Part shown: piece by piece, positions 37,195 to 46,926 of the stretch | How the letters are laid out: each line of letters begins with the position of its first letter | Position numbering within the stretch: position 1 is the stretch's first letter | From: Candidatus Eiseniibacteriota bacterium | GTDB lineage: Bacteria; Eisenbacteria; RBG-16-71-46 | Assembly (NCBI GenBank): GCA_038231135.1 | Contig: JBBRLX010000020.1 | Coordinates: 1 to 64,000 of the forward strand | DNA length: 64,000 nt | Reading direction: 5' to 3' | Program-made: the position numbers and the translations under genes | The notes under the pieces: model-generated | Database searches by the model: none | What the model saw: the letters and a program-made list of their open reading frames with translations, nothing else | What the model was told of the DNA's origin: nothing

Positions 37195-39572
37195 GTGCCT
37201 TCGGATTCTCCTTCGACAACGCCGTCGTCGTGGCGCTGGGTTGGACGCTCCTGCACTTCCTGTGGCAGGGCGCGCTGGTGGCGGCGGTGCTCGCGGCCAT
37301 CGACGCGCTGGCGGCCCGCGGCCGGCCCCAGATCCGGTATCTCGCGGCGTGCGCCGCGATGCTGCTGCTGTTCGCGATGCCGCTGGCCACGTTCGTGACG
37401 ACGCGCGCCGCGGCCCCGCGCGACGCCGCTCGCGCCGGGTCGCCGTCGCAATCGATGCCGGGTGGCCAGCTCGTGTCGCACGACCGGATGGATGTGGCGC
37501 CACTCGTGATGGCGGCCGGCGCGGCGCCGCACGGCGCCGCCCGCCCCGCGCCGCATTCGATTCCGGCGCCGGTCCTGCCGTTCGGCGGGACCCGGGGCGT
37601 CGACCTGGCCTTCCTGCTGCCGTGGCTCGTCGCCGCATGGTCGCTCGGGGTGCTGGCGCTGTCGCTGCGACTCGCCGGCGGCTGGTGGCTGGCGCGCCGG
37701 ATGGCTCGCTCGGCCGGGAACGCCACGCTCGAACACTGGAACGGCACGCTAGGCGCGCTCAGGGAGCGCATGCGGATCACGCGGCCGGTGCGGCTCGTGC
37801 GCTCGGCGCTCGTCTCGGTGCCCACGGTGGTCGGCTGGCTGCGACCGGTGATCCTGCTGCCGGCGAGCACGATGCTCGGCCTCAGTCCCGCCCAGATCGA
37901 GGCGGTGCTCGCCCACGAGCTCGCGCATGTTCGCCGTCACGACTACGTCGTCAACCTGTTGCAGTGCGTGATCGAGACCGTGCTGTTCTATCACCCGGCC
38001 GTGTGGTGGGTGTCGCGGCGCGTGCGCGAGGAACGCGAGTTGTGCTGTGACGATCTCGCCGTTCAGACGTGCGGGGATCCGGTCGTCTACGCGCGTGCGC
38101 TGTGCGAGCTCGAGGAGTTGCGCGGGGCGACGCTGCAGACGGCGATGGCCGCCACCGGCGGCTCGCTGGTCGCGCGCATCGCGCGGCTCGTCGGCGCGTC
38201 CCGGCCGCGCTCGATCGAGCGGACGCAGGGGTTCGCGTGGGTGCTGGTGGCATCGCTGGTGCTGTTCGTGGGCGCCGCGGGGGGCGCGGTGCGCGTCCAC
38301 GATCGTCCCGTGGCGGCGCAGCTCGCGCGCCTCGTGCGGCAGGCGGTGCGCCCGGCTCCAGACGCCGCCGTCGTCAGCACCACGTCCGCGCCCGCCGCCG
38401 CGACGAAGTGCGAGACCTCGGGCACCGGCTGCCCGCAGGCCCGCATGGCGGATGGGACGGACAGGACGGACGTGTCCGACACCGCCGACGCGCCGGTCGC
38501 CTGCGACGCCCCCGACCCCGCCGACGTCACGCCCACGCAGGACGCGAGCGTAGCGCCCGAGGCGCCCGAGGCTCCGGACGCCCCCGACGGCGTGGCCGCG
38601 CCGCTGCCGCCCATGCCGCCGGGGTCGGCGGCCTCCAGCGACCGGTTCTCGCCGCGCGACCGGGAACGGCTGTCGAGCGCCGGCGTCAACGAGCGGTACG
38701 TCGATAACCTGGCGCGCAACGGTTATCCGGCGCTGACGGTCGACGAGCTGATGCGCCTCGCCCAGCATGGCGTCATGTCGGCGTACGCCGGCACGATGGT
38801 CAAGCTGTTCGATTCCCCCGGCGTCGCCGACCTGGTCGCGCTCGCGGACCACGGCGTCTCGAGCCGCTACGCCGCCGCCATGCGCCGCGAGTTGCCGCGC
38901 GTCGACGTTCCAACGGTGATCGAGCTCGCGGACAACGGGATCTCAGCGGAGTACCTGTCCGGCATGCGCGAACTCGATCTGGGCGACCTGTCCCCGGCCG
39001 ATCTGATCCGGCTCGCGAACAATGGCGTCACGCTCGAATGGTTCGCGTCGTTGCGTTGGATGGGGTATGCCGATTTCACGGTGGACCGTGCCATCGAGCT
39101 GCGGAACGCCGGCGTCACCGCCGACTACGCCGCGTCGTTGCGCATCCTCAGCCGTCATCGGCTCACCCTGGAAGAGCTGCGCACCCTGAGGAATCAGGGA
39201 GTGGACGTCGAATACGCCGCCACCATCCTCGGCATGCTGCGCAAGGACCTGTCGGTGGACCAGCTCGTCCGCCTGCGCAATCAGGACGTGACGGTCGACT
39301 ACATCGCCGCGATGAACGCGCTCGGCTACGAGAAGCTCGGAACCGACGACCTCATCGAGCTGCGCCAGACGGGGGTGGACCCGGAATTCGTGGCCGAGAT
39401 GGCCGGGGCCGGGTTCTCGAACCTGTCGAGCCACGATCTGGTGCGGCTGCACCAGACCGGCGTGACGCTCGACTTCATCCAGGAAGTTCGTGACGCCGGC
39501 TACCCGTCACCGAGCGTGAGCGATCTCGTACACATGCGGCAGTCCGGCATCCCGACACCCAATCGTCCATAG
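37191..39572 (+). CDS. BlaR1-like M56 metallopeptidase with about ten C-terminal 28-29-aa helical repeats
   Basis: LGWTLLHFLWQG, RPVILLP, AHELAHVRRHD, YHPAVWW, ERELCCD. ATGA overlap with the BlaI-family gene. Confidence 0.9.
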   Translation: MSAFGFSFDNAVVVALGWTLLHFLWQGALVAAVLAAIDALAARGRPQIRYLAACAAMLLLFAMPLATFVTTRAAAPRDAARAGSPSQSMPGGQLVSHDRMDVAPLVMAAGAAPHGAARPAPHSIPAPVLPFGGTRGVDLAFLLPWLVAAWSLGVLALSLRLAGGWWLARRMARSAGNATLEHWNGTLGALRERMRITRPVRLVRSALVSVPTVVGWLRPVILLPASTMLGLSPAQIEAVLAHELAHVRRHDYVVNLLQCVIETVLFYHPAVWWVSRRVREERELCCDDLAVQTCGDPVVYARALCELEELRGATLQTAMAATGGSLVARIARLVGASRPRSIERTQGFAWVLVASLVLFVGAAGGAVRVHDRPVAAQLARLVRQAVRPAPDAAVVSTTSAPAAATKCETSGTGCPQARMADGTDRTDVSDTADAPVACDAPDPADVTPTQDASVAPEAPEAPDAPDGVAAPLPPMPPGSAASSDRFSPRDRERLSSAGVNERYVDNLARNGYPALTVDELMRLAQHGVMSAYAGTMVKLFDSPGVADLVALADHGVSSRYAAAMRRELPRVDVPTVIELADNGISAEYLSGMRELDLGDLSPADLIRLANNGVTLEWFASLRWMGYADFTVDRAIELRNAGVTADYAASLRILSRHRLTLEELRTLRNQGVDVEYAATILGMLRKDLSVDQLVRLRNQDVTVDYIAAMNALGYEKLGTDDLIELRQTGVDPEFVAEMAGAGFSNLSSHDLVRLHQTGVTLDFIQEVRDAGYPSPSVSDLVHMRQSGIPTPNRP
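38640..39560 (+). repeat. Protein-level tandem repeat, about 10 x 28-29 aa (L..L...GV...Y...M...G....)
   Basis: Units start SAGV, QHGV, DHGV, DNGI, NNGV, NAGV, NQGV, NQDV, QTGV, QTGV, QSGI. Confidence 0.85.
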
Positions 39573-39661
39573 CACCCGACGTGCGGGCTCCCGGGTCCGT
39601 GGGCTAGTATCCGTCGCTGATTCCATTGACCGATACTCGCCCACGGACCCGGGAGAGCTGG

Positions 39662-41272
39662 ATGCCGAAGCTCCGCTACGCCGCGTGGATCCTGATTGCC
39701 GCAAGTCCGTGGGGTTGCAGCCCCGGTGGCCCGTCGCCGGCGGCCGTCGCGAAGGTTCTCGCTCATGAGCTGGCCGCGCATGGTGGCGCATCGCGCGTCG
39801 CGGGTGAGAGCCTGCTGGAACCCCGCACGCTCGCGAAGTTCTACGCGGCCCGCCGCTCCATGCCGGCCTGGGACCGCAACGGCGTCGCGGAGATCACCCA
39901 GTCGATCCGGGGCGTGGAACGCGACGGGCTCGTTCCCGCAGACTATCACCTCGCAGCCATCGGGAAGCTCGCGGCCGCGAACGGCGCGGGCGACGCCGCG
40001 ACCGCGGCCCGCCTCGACATCCTGATGAGCGACGCGGTGGCGGCGATGGCCGACCACATGCATTACGGACGTGTCCAGCCGGCGCGGCTGAACCCGGAAT
40101 GGAACGCGGATCCGCGTGACGGTGCGCCGCCGCTCGAAACCACGCTCGCGGCGATCGCCGGCGGCGGGTCGGTCCACACCGCGATCGAGCGGCAGCGGCC
40201 GGATCACTTCATCTATCGTGGCCTGCTCGAGACCTACGATCATTTGCGTACGATTGTGGCGAACGGCGGGTGGCCCCGGGTGCCCGCGGGCCGCAAGCTC
40301 GTGCCGGGTGTACGGGACGCCCGCATCCCGGTGGTCCGCCGCCGGCTGCGGGTGAGCGGCGAATTCGACGGCCAGGGCGGCGCCGATTCGACGCGCTACG
40401 ACCCCGCGCTGCGCACGGCGGTGGGGCTGTTCCAGGCGCGGCACCGGCTCGACGACACGGGCGCGATCGACGCGGCGACGGTCGCGGCCATGAACGTGAG
40501 TGCGGTGGACCGGACGCTGCAGGTGCGCGCGAACCTCGAGCGCGCCCGCTGGGTGCTGGGGGGACTGGGCGGCGACTTCATGCTGGTGAATCTGCCGGCG
40601 TTCAAGGCCTATCGCATCCGGGACGGCAGGAACATCTGGGAGGCACGCACCCAGATCGGGCAGGAGGCGCTGCAAACTCCGACGTTTCGCGCCGACATCC
40701 GCACGGTCGTGTTCAATCCCGACTGGACGGTGCCGCCCACGGTGATCGCGCAGGAGCTCCTCGCGGACATGCGCGACGGCAAGGACATCCTCGGCGACAA
40801 GGGTCTCGTGCTGTACGACAACCACAATACGGTCGTCGACCCCAAGACCGTCGATTGGAAGACTGCGACGCCCGAGACGTTTCCGTATACCATCCGCCAG
40901 CCGGCCGGTGACGACAACGCGCTCGGCAAGGTGAAATTCCTGTTTCCGAACAAGTACGCGATCTACCTCCACGACACCCCGAGCCGCCAGTTGTTCGCCG
41001 CGAGCCGGCGGACGTTCAGCCACGGCTGCATTCGCATCGAGAATCCGCTCGAGCTCGCGGAGGTGCTGCTGCGGGACCAGGGCTGGGATGCGGCCCGGAT
41101 CCAGTCCGTGATCGCGTCGGGGGAGACCCAGAACGTCGAACTGCAGAAGCCCGTGCCGATCCTCATCGTATATTGGACCGTGAGCGTGGGCGCATCGGGC
41201 GAGGTGCGCTACGCCGACGACATCTACCATCTCGATCCGCCGCTGCTCGCGGCGCTGGGAGCCACCCGATGA
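39662..41272 (+). CDS. L,D-transpeptidase, YcbB/LdtD family
   Basis: Scaffold domain, peptidoglycan-binding FQARHRL..TG, NLERARW, VNLPAF, NPDWTVP, NALGKVKFLFPN, IYLHDTP, SHGCIR. Confidence 0.92.
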   Translation: MPKLRYAAWILIAASPWGCSPGGPSPAAVAKVLAHELAAHGGASRVAGESLLEPRTLAKFYAARRSMPAWDRNGVAEITQSIRGVERDGLVPADYHLAAIGKLAAANGAGDAATAARLDILMSDAVAAMADHMHYGRVQPARLNPEWNADPRDGAPPLETTLAAIAGGGSVHTAIERQRPDHFIYRGLLETYDHLRTIVANGGWPRVPAGRKLVPGVRDARIPVVRRRLRVSGEFDGQGGADSTRYDPALRTAVGLFQARHRLDDTGAIDAATVAAMNVSAVDRTLQVRANLERARWVLGGLGGDFMLVNLPAFKAYRIRDGRNIWEARTQIGQEALQTPTFRADIRTVVFNPDWTVPPTVIAQELLADMRDGKDILGDKGLVLYDNHNTVVDPKTVDWKTATPETFPYTIRQPAGDDNALGKVKFLFPNKYAIYLHDTPSRQLFAASRRTFSHGCIRIENPLELAEVLLRDQGWDAARIQSVIASGETQNVELQKPVPILIVYWTVSVGASGEVRYADDIYHLDPPLLAALGATR

Positions 41273-43374
41273 AACACGTGCTCGTGCTGATCGCTGTCGC
41301 CTGCCTCGTCACCGCCGCGGCGCCGGCGCACCGCCACGTCCCGCGCCGGTCCGAGACGCCGCACCGGCCGGCTGCACCGCATCCGGGCCCGGCGCTGGCG
41401 CAGAACTCGGACGCTGCGCACTATCTCGACCAGTTCATCGATCACTCCGTCTCGCCCCGCACGGACTTCTTCCACTATTCGGTGGGCAAGTGGCTCACGA
41501 ACAATCCGATTCCCGCCAACGAGCGGTCGTGGGGCATCGCGCACGTGGTGCAGGAGGAGACGTACCGGCGCCTGCTGAGGATCAGCGAACTGGCGGAGGC
41601 GAATCCGAGCGCGCCACACAACAGCAACCCGCAGAAGATCGGTGACTTCTGGAACGCCGGCATGGACACCGTCGCGATCGCCCGCCAGGGCATCACGCCG
41701 CTCGCCGCCGAATTCGCGCGCATCGACGCGATCAAGAACCACGACGGCCTGCTCGCCGTGGTGTCGCGGCTCCAGTACATCGGCGTCGGCGCCCTGTGCG
41801 CGCTGTCGATCCAGCAGGACGAGATGCGCAGCGACCGCTCCGCGATGCACCTGTACCAGGGCGGGCTGGGCATGCCGGACCGCGACTACTACTTCGACAA
41901 GGACGCCCGCTCGACGATGCTGCGGCGCGCCTACGTCACCCACGTCGCGCGCATGCTGCGGTTCCTCGAGCCCGATCCAGGCAGGGCGCGCGCCAGCGCC
42001 TCGACGGTGATGACGATCGAGACGGAGCTGGCGAAGGCGTCCCGCAAGCTCGAGGACCTGCGCGATCCGCACGCGAACTACCACAAGATGTCCGTCGACG
42101 GCGTGTCCACGCTGACCCCGTCCATCCGCTGGAAGTCGTTCCTCGAGCAGGGCAACATCCGCAACGTCGACAGCGTGATCGTCGGCCAGCCCGAGTTCTT
42201 CCAGCAGCTCGACAAGTCGCTGCACGCCCATTCCCTCGACGAGTGGAAGACCTACCTGCGCTGGCAGCTCCTGCATGCCTACGCCGCCGAGGCGGGCGGC
42301 AAGTACGACGCCGAGAACTTCCGCTTCTACGGCACGATCCTCAACGGCACGCCGGAGCAGCGGCCGCGGTGGAAGCGGATGCTCGACGAGGAGGAGGGCT
42401 TCCTCGGCGACGCGCTCGGGCAGTTGTACGTGCAGCAGTACTTCTCGCCGCACACCAAGCAGCGCTACGAGAAGCTCACCAACGAGATCTTCGATGCGTT
42501 CCGCAATCGCATCCGCACCCTCGACTGGATGAGCGAAGCCACGCGGCAGCGGGCGTTGCACAAGCTGTCGGTGGTCACGAAGAAGGTCGGATACCCCAAG
42601 CGCTGGCGGGACTATTCGAACTACGCCGTCGACCGGACGTCGTTCCTCGGCAATTGCGTGCGCGGCAACATCTGGCGCAGCGACTACTACATCGACAAGC
42701 TCCACAAGCCGGTGGATCGCAGCGAATGGGACATGACGCCCCAGACCTACAACGCCTACTACAACCCGTCGAACAACGAGATCGTGCTGCCGGCCGCCAT
42801 CTTCATCCTGCCGGGCATCGCGGATTCGCTGGTCGACGACGCGATCGTGTATTCGTACGCGGGTGGCACCACGATCGGCCACGAGATCACGCACGGTTTC
42901 GACGACCAGGGCCGGCAGTTCGACGAGCGCGGCAATCTCGTGAACTGGTGGACGCCCAAGGACGAGCAGGAGTTCAACCGCCGCGCCGCGAAGATCGTCC
43001 GGCAGTTCAACAACTACGTGGCCGTCGGCGACCTGCACGTGAACGGCAATGCCATCCAGGGCGAGAACATCGCGGACCTCGGCGGCATCACGCTTGGCTG
43101 GGACGCATTCAAGAAGACCGAGCAGTACAAGCGCGGGAAGCCGCTCGGCGGATTGACGCCGGCCCAGCGCTATTTCATCGGCTGGTCGCTCGGCTGGATG
43201 AATCAGCTGCGGCCGGAGAACCTCGCGGTGCGGGTGAAGACCGACGTTCACGCCCCGAGCTTCCTCAGGGTGACGGGGCCGGTCACGAACATGACGCAAT
43301 TCTATGAGGCATATGGCGTCCGGCCCGGCGATCCGATGTATCGCGCCGACTCGGTACGCGTCCAGATCTGGTAA
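41269..43374 (+). CDS. M13 (neprilysin/PepO) metallopeptidase, secreted
   Basis: NAYY, GHEITHGFDDQG, GENIADLGG, DVHAP. ATGA overlap with the L,D-transpeptidase. Confidence 0.95.
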   Translation: MKHVLVLIAVACLVTAAAPAHRHVPRRSETPHRPAAPHPGPALAQNSDAAHYLDQFIDHSVSPRTDFFHYSVGKWLTNNPIPANERSWGIAHVVQEETYRRLLRISELAEANPSAPHNSNPQKIGDFWNAGMDTVAIARQGITPLAAEFARIDAIKNHDGLLAVVSRLQYIGVGALCALSIQQDEMRSDRSAMHLYQGGLGMPDRDYYFDKDARSTMLRRAYVTHVARMLRFLEPDPGRARASASTVMTIETELAKASRKLEDLRDPHANYHKMSVDGVSTLTPSIRWKSFLEQGNIRNVDSVIVGQPEFFQQLDKSLHAHSLDEWKTYLRWQLLHAYAAEAGGKYDAENFRFYGTILNGTPEQRPRWKRMLDEEEGFLGDALGQLYVQQYFSPHTKQRYEKLTNEIFDAFRNRIRTLDWMSEATRQRALHKLSVVTKKVGYPKRWRDYSNYAVDRTSFLGNCVRGNIWRSDYYIDKLHKPVDRSEWDMTPQTYNAYYNPSNNEIVLPAAIFILPGIADSLVDDAIVYSYAGGTTIGHEITHGFDDQGRQFDERGNLVNWWTPKDEQEFNRRAAKIVRQFNNYVAVGDLHVNGNAIQGENIADLGGITLGWDAFKKTEQYKRGKPLGGLTPAQRYFIGWSLGWMNQLRPENLAVRVKTDVHAPSFLRVTGPVTNMTQFYEAYGVRPGDPMYRADSVRVQIW

Positions 43375-43566
43375 AGCCCATGGGGCCGCGGTTGGCGAGG
43401 GTGGACCCGATTCAGCCGCCGTTCAGGCGCCGGGTCCATCCTCGTGGTTCATTCTGCGCCCCCCTGACCGGGCTCGCATGCGGATAGCGCGTTGTTCGCG
43501 CGATGCCGATGGTGTGCGCCGGTCGCGAGCGCACCCCGGACCGACCCCCGCGTTAGGAACATCATC

Positions 43567-45096
43567 GTGCGCCTCACATCGATTGCCGCCGTTCTGGTTA
43601 CGCTGCTGACGTCGGTCGCCGTGGCGCACGCCGCCGACGAGATCCACTGGACGATCATGGGCCCGACCTCCGTCAGCTTCGATTGGCGGGGACCCGAGAG
43701 CAGCATCGCCTACGGGCCGACCCCCACCTACGGCCAGTCGACCCTCGCCGTCACGCCCAACCCGCTGCCGTTCTCGTCGGCGGGCCCGTTCTGGGAGGCG
43801 CGGCTCACCGGGCTCGCGCCCGACGCGCTCTATCATTACTCGATCGGCGGCGGTACCGATCACACGTTTCGCACCCCGCGCCGGCCGGGGCAGGCAGGGT
43901 TCACGGTCTACGTCGAAGCCGACATCGGCAGCACCGCCGACTATTTCCGCGCCGGCATCATCCAGAACATGATCGGCGCCGATCCGCCGACGTTCGCGCT
44001 GCTCGTGGGCGACCTCACGTACGGCAACTCCAACGGCGCCGCGTCGGTCGATCAGCATTTCAACGACGTCATGGCGTGGTCGCTCAACGCCGCGTACATG
44101 CCGGCGTGGGGCAACCACGAGTACGAACTCGACGCCTACGCGGACGACTTCCGCAATTACAAGGGCCGGTTCGACCTGCCACATCCGCAGACGTCGCCCA
44201 ACGCGCCGCAGCCGGGCGGCATCGGCGAGGACTGGTACTGGTTCGACTACGGCAACACGCGGTTCATCACCTATCCCGAGCCGTTCTCGGGCGCGATCGC
44301 CGACTGGGCTCCCAGGGCCTCGGCGCTCATGGATACCGCTCAGCGGGACACGAACATCACGTTCATCGTGACGCTGGGCCATCGTCCGGCATACTCGTCC
44401 GGCCACCATCCGGGCTCCGCGACACTCAAGGGCTATCTCGACGCGATGGGTACGGCGCACAGCAAGTACGTGCTCAACCTCTGCGGACATTCACATGACT
44501 ACGAGCGCACCTACCCGCAGCACGGTGTGATCCACATCACCGCGGGCGGCGGTGGCGGCAATCTCGAGGAGGACCCGGTGGGCACTTGCCTGTGGCGCGG
44601 CGGCTGCCCGGCGCCGGCGTACACTGCGTTCCGCGCGTACCATCACAGCGCCGTCAAGCTCTCGTTCACCCGCACCGCGATCGTGGCGCGGGCGATCTGT
44701 GGACCGGCCGGTGACAACGGCTCGAGCCTGAACGACATCACCTGCACGCAGGGCGCCGTGTTCGACCAGGTGACGATCAAGCCGAACGGCGTGACGGCGA
44801 GCGTCAGCGCGCCGGGCGTCGAGCTGGCCGCGACGCTGGCGCCCAACCCGATGAGTCAGCGGGCGACGCTGGCGTTCACCATGCCGCGCACGGGCCGGGC
44901 GAAGGTCCAGCTGATGGACGTCAATGGCCGCTCGGTTCGCACGCTGGTGAACGGGGAGGAGCTGGCGGCGGGCCGGCACGTGCTTGCCGTGCTGCGCGAC
45001 GGCCGCGACGGCGCGCGGCTGCCCTCGGGCGTGTATTTCTGCCGGATCGAGACGCCGTTCGGTGTCGCGTCGACGAGGTTTGCGATCCTCGATTGA
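43567..45096 (+). CDS. Secreted purple-acid-phosphatase-like metallophosphoesterase with T9SS-like C-terminal domain (paralog of 24284..26824)
   Basis: ADIG, GDLTYG, GNHE, GHSHDYER. C-terminal APNP..DVNGRSV..SGVYF..RFAILD. Confidence 0.85.
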   Translation: MRLTSIAAVLVTLLTSVAVAHAADEIHWTIMGPTSVSFDWRGPESSIAYGPTPTYGQSTLAVTPNPLPFSSAGPFWEARLTGLAPDALYHYSIGGGTDHTFRTPRRPGQAGFTVYVEADIGSTADYFRAGIIQNMIGADPPTFALLVGDLTYGNSNGAASVDQHFNDVMAWSLNAAYMPAWGNHEYELDAYADDFRNYKGRFDLPHPQTSPNAPQPGGIGEDWYWFDYGNTRFITYPEPFSGAIADWAPRASALMDTAQRDTNITFIVTLGHRPAYSSGHHPGSATLKGYLDAMGTAHSKYVLNLCGHSHDYERTYPQHGVIHITAGGGGGNLEEDPVGTCLWRGGCPAPAYTAFRAYHHSAVKLSFTRTAIVARAICGPAGDNGSSLNDITCTQGAVFDQVTIKPNGVTASVSAPGVELAATLAPNPMSQRATLAFTMPRTGRAKVQLMDVNGRSVRTLVNGEELAAGRHVLAVLRDGRDGARLPSGVYFCRIETPFGVASTRFAILD

Positions 45097-45152
45097 GCCT
45101 TGCGGCCGGGGGTCTCGCGGTTCGCACGTGAAGCGTTGTAGTCTGAGTACGC

Positions 45153-46247
45153 ATGACATCATCGACCCCGACGCCCGACCCGCCCGCGCGGCCGATGGAG
45201 CTCGGTCTCTACACGTTCGTGGAGAACACTCCCGACCCGCGCTCCGGGCGCATCGCCTCACCCCTGCAACGGATGCACGACCTCCTCGAGGAGGTCGTGC
45301 TCGCCGACCGGGTCGGCCTCGAAGTGTTCGGGGTCGGCGAGCACCATCGGGCGGACTTCATCGCGTCGGCGCCCGCGGTGGTGCTCGCGGCCGCCGCGGC
45401 CCGCACCCGCACGATCCGGCTCACCAGCGCGGTATCCGTGCTCAGCTCGGACGATCCGGTGCGGGTGTTCCAGCAGTTCGCCACGCTCGACCTGCTGTCG
45501 GGCGGCCGCGCGGAGATCATGGCCGGCCGCGGCTCGTTCATCGAGTCGTTTCCGTTGTTTGGTTATGACCTCGCGGACTATGACGAGCTGTTCACGGAGA
45601 AGCTGGAGCTGCTGCTCGCGATCCGCGACGCCGAGCACGTGACGTGGGCGGGGAGGCATCGCCCCGCGCTCGCGGGACAGGGCGTGTACCCACGGCCGCT
45701 GCAGCAGCCGCTGCCGGTGTGGGTCGCGGCCGGCGGCACCCCCGCGTCCCTCGCGCGCGCCGCGACCCTGGGACTGCCGCTCGCGCTCGCAATCATCGGC
45801 GGCCTGCCCGAGCAGTTCGCGCCGTGGATCGAGTTCTACCGCAAGACCGCCCGGGAGGCGGGGCACGACCCGGCCACGTTGCCGGTCGGCATCAATTCCC
45901 ACGTATGGGTCGCCGAGGATTCACAACGGGCCGCCGACGAATTCTTCCCACCGTACGCCGAGGCGATGACGCGAATCGGCCGCGAGCGTGGTTGGCCTCC
46001 CGTGACCCGCGAGCATTACGAGGCGTCACGCTCATCGCGCGGCGCACTACTCGTGGGCAGCCCGCAACAGGTGATCGACAAGATCCTGCTCGAGCATGGC
46101 CTGTTCGGAAACCAGCGGTTTCTCGCCCAGTTGACGGTGGGCACCATGCCGCATGATCGCGTGATGAAGGCGATCGAGTTGATGGGGACGGTGGTGGCGC
46201 CGGCGGTCAGAAAGGCGACCGCTGCGGAATCGCGCTCAACGAGTTGA
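45153..46247 (+). CDS. LLM-class flavin-dependent oxidoreductase
   Basis: [43 protein letters not shown]. Confidence 0.92.
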   Translation: MTSSTPTPDPPARPMELGLYTFVENTPDPRSGRIASPLQRMHDLLEEVVLADRVGLEVFGVGEHHRADFIASAPAVVLAAAAARTRTIRLTSAVSVLSSDDPVRVFQQFATLDLLSGGRAEIMAGRGSFIESFPLFGYDLADYDELFTEKLELLLAIRDAEHVTWAGRHRPALAGQGVYPRPLQQPLPVWVAAGGTPASLARAATLGLPLALAIIGGLPEQFAPWIEFYRKTAREAGHDPATLPVGINSHVWVAEDSQRAADEFFPPYAEAMTRIGRERGWPPVTREHYEASRSSRGALLVGSPQQVIDKILLEHGLFGNQRFLAQLTVGTMPHDRVMKAIELMGTVVAPAVRKATAAESRSTS

Positions 46248-46266
46248 AATTCCAGGAGTGCCCCGC

Positions 46267-46331
46267 GGTGTCGCGTGGGGCGAGTATCCTCCGGCGGGGA
46301 CGGCCTCCGGATACTCGCCCCACGCGACACC
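46267..46331. repeat. Perfect 23-bp inverted repeat with 19-nt spacer between convergent genes
   Basis: GGTGTCGCGTGGGGCGAGTATCC (46267-46289) and GGATACTCGCCCCACGCGACACC (46309-46331). Confidence 0.9.
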
Positions 46332-46364
46332 ACTGCGAGCTTGCTGAATTGGCTTGCCAGACGG

Positions 46365-46868
46365 CTAGTGCCCGAACCACCCGTGCATGCCCATCATGTG
46401 GTCGGTCATCTTCACGGATGCCAGTTGGAAGGGTGCGGTGGTTTGCACCTCGAAGGTGAACTTGTGTTTCGACATGTTGGAATCGTAGAGGTTGACCTGG
46501 AGTGCGCCGGGGTCCTGGTTTTCGATGTTGGCGAGGGTGAGCCTGCCGAAACGTTCCTTGAGCTTCCGGTAGTTGATGGTGCGCTCGCCGATGCTGCGCT
46601 GACCCAGGGCTTCCGGGGTCAGGTTGTGCTTCGAGAACTCGCGCATCTGGGCCTCGCCAGCGTTGAATGCCTGCACCCAGCCGCGGCCGATCGCACCCTC
46701 GCGGGTGTCTGGCCAGCCGTCATGGATGGGCACGGAAACGGCGGCGGGCGCGGTCCTGGCCTGGATAGCCACGGGCTTGGGGGTGGGCGTTGCGGCCCAC
46801 AACGGTGAAGCGAGCGCGGCTGCGCAGGTCATCGACACTACGAACGACGTCCACTTGCGGATCGACAT
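46365..46868 (-). CDS. Secreted hypothetical protein
   Basis: GAGGAGG RBS, signal peptide ending SPLWA, ordinary globular composition, His/Met tail DHMMGMHGWFGH. Confidence 0.75.
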   Translation of the reverse strand: MSIRKWTSFVVSMTCAAALASPLWAATPTPKPVAIQARTAPAAVSVPIHDGWPDTREGAIGRGWVQAFNAGEAQMREFSKHNLTPEALGQRSIGERTINYRKLKERFGRLTLANIENQDPGALQVNLYDSNMSKHKFTFEVQTTAPFQLASVKMTDHMMGMHGWFGH

Positions 46869-46926
46869 GGTACGGCCTCCTCGTTGAGTTGACAGTGACG
46901 TGAGTTCGGGCTTGTGGACATGCCGT

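Noticed and set aside
38640..39560. Periodic sequence considered as a CRISPR array or DNA tandem repeat
   Set aside because: The periodicity is at protein level within an ORF, with degenerate codons, no identical DNA repeats and no cas genes.
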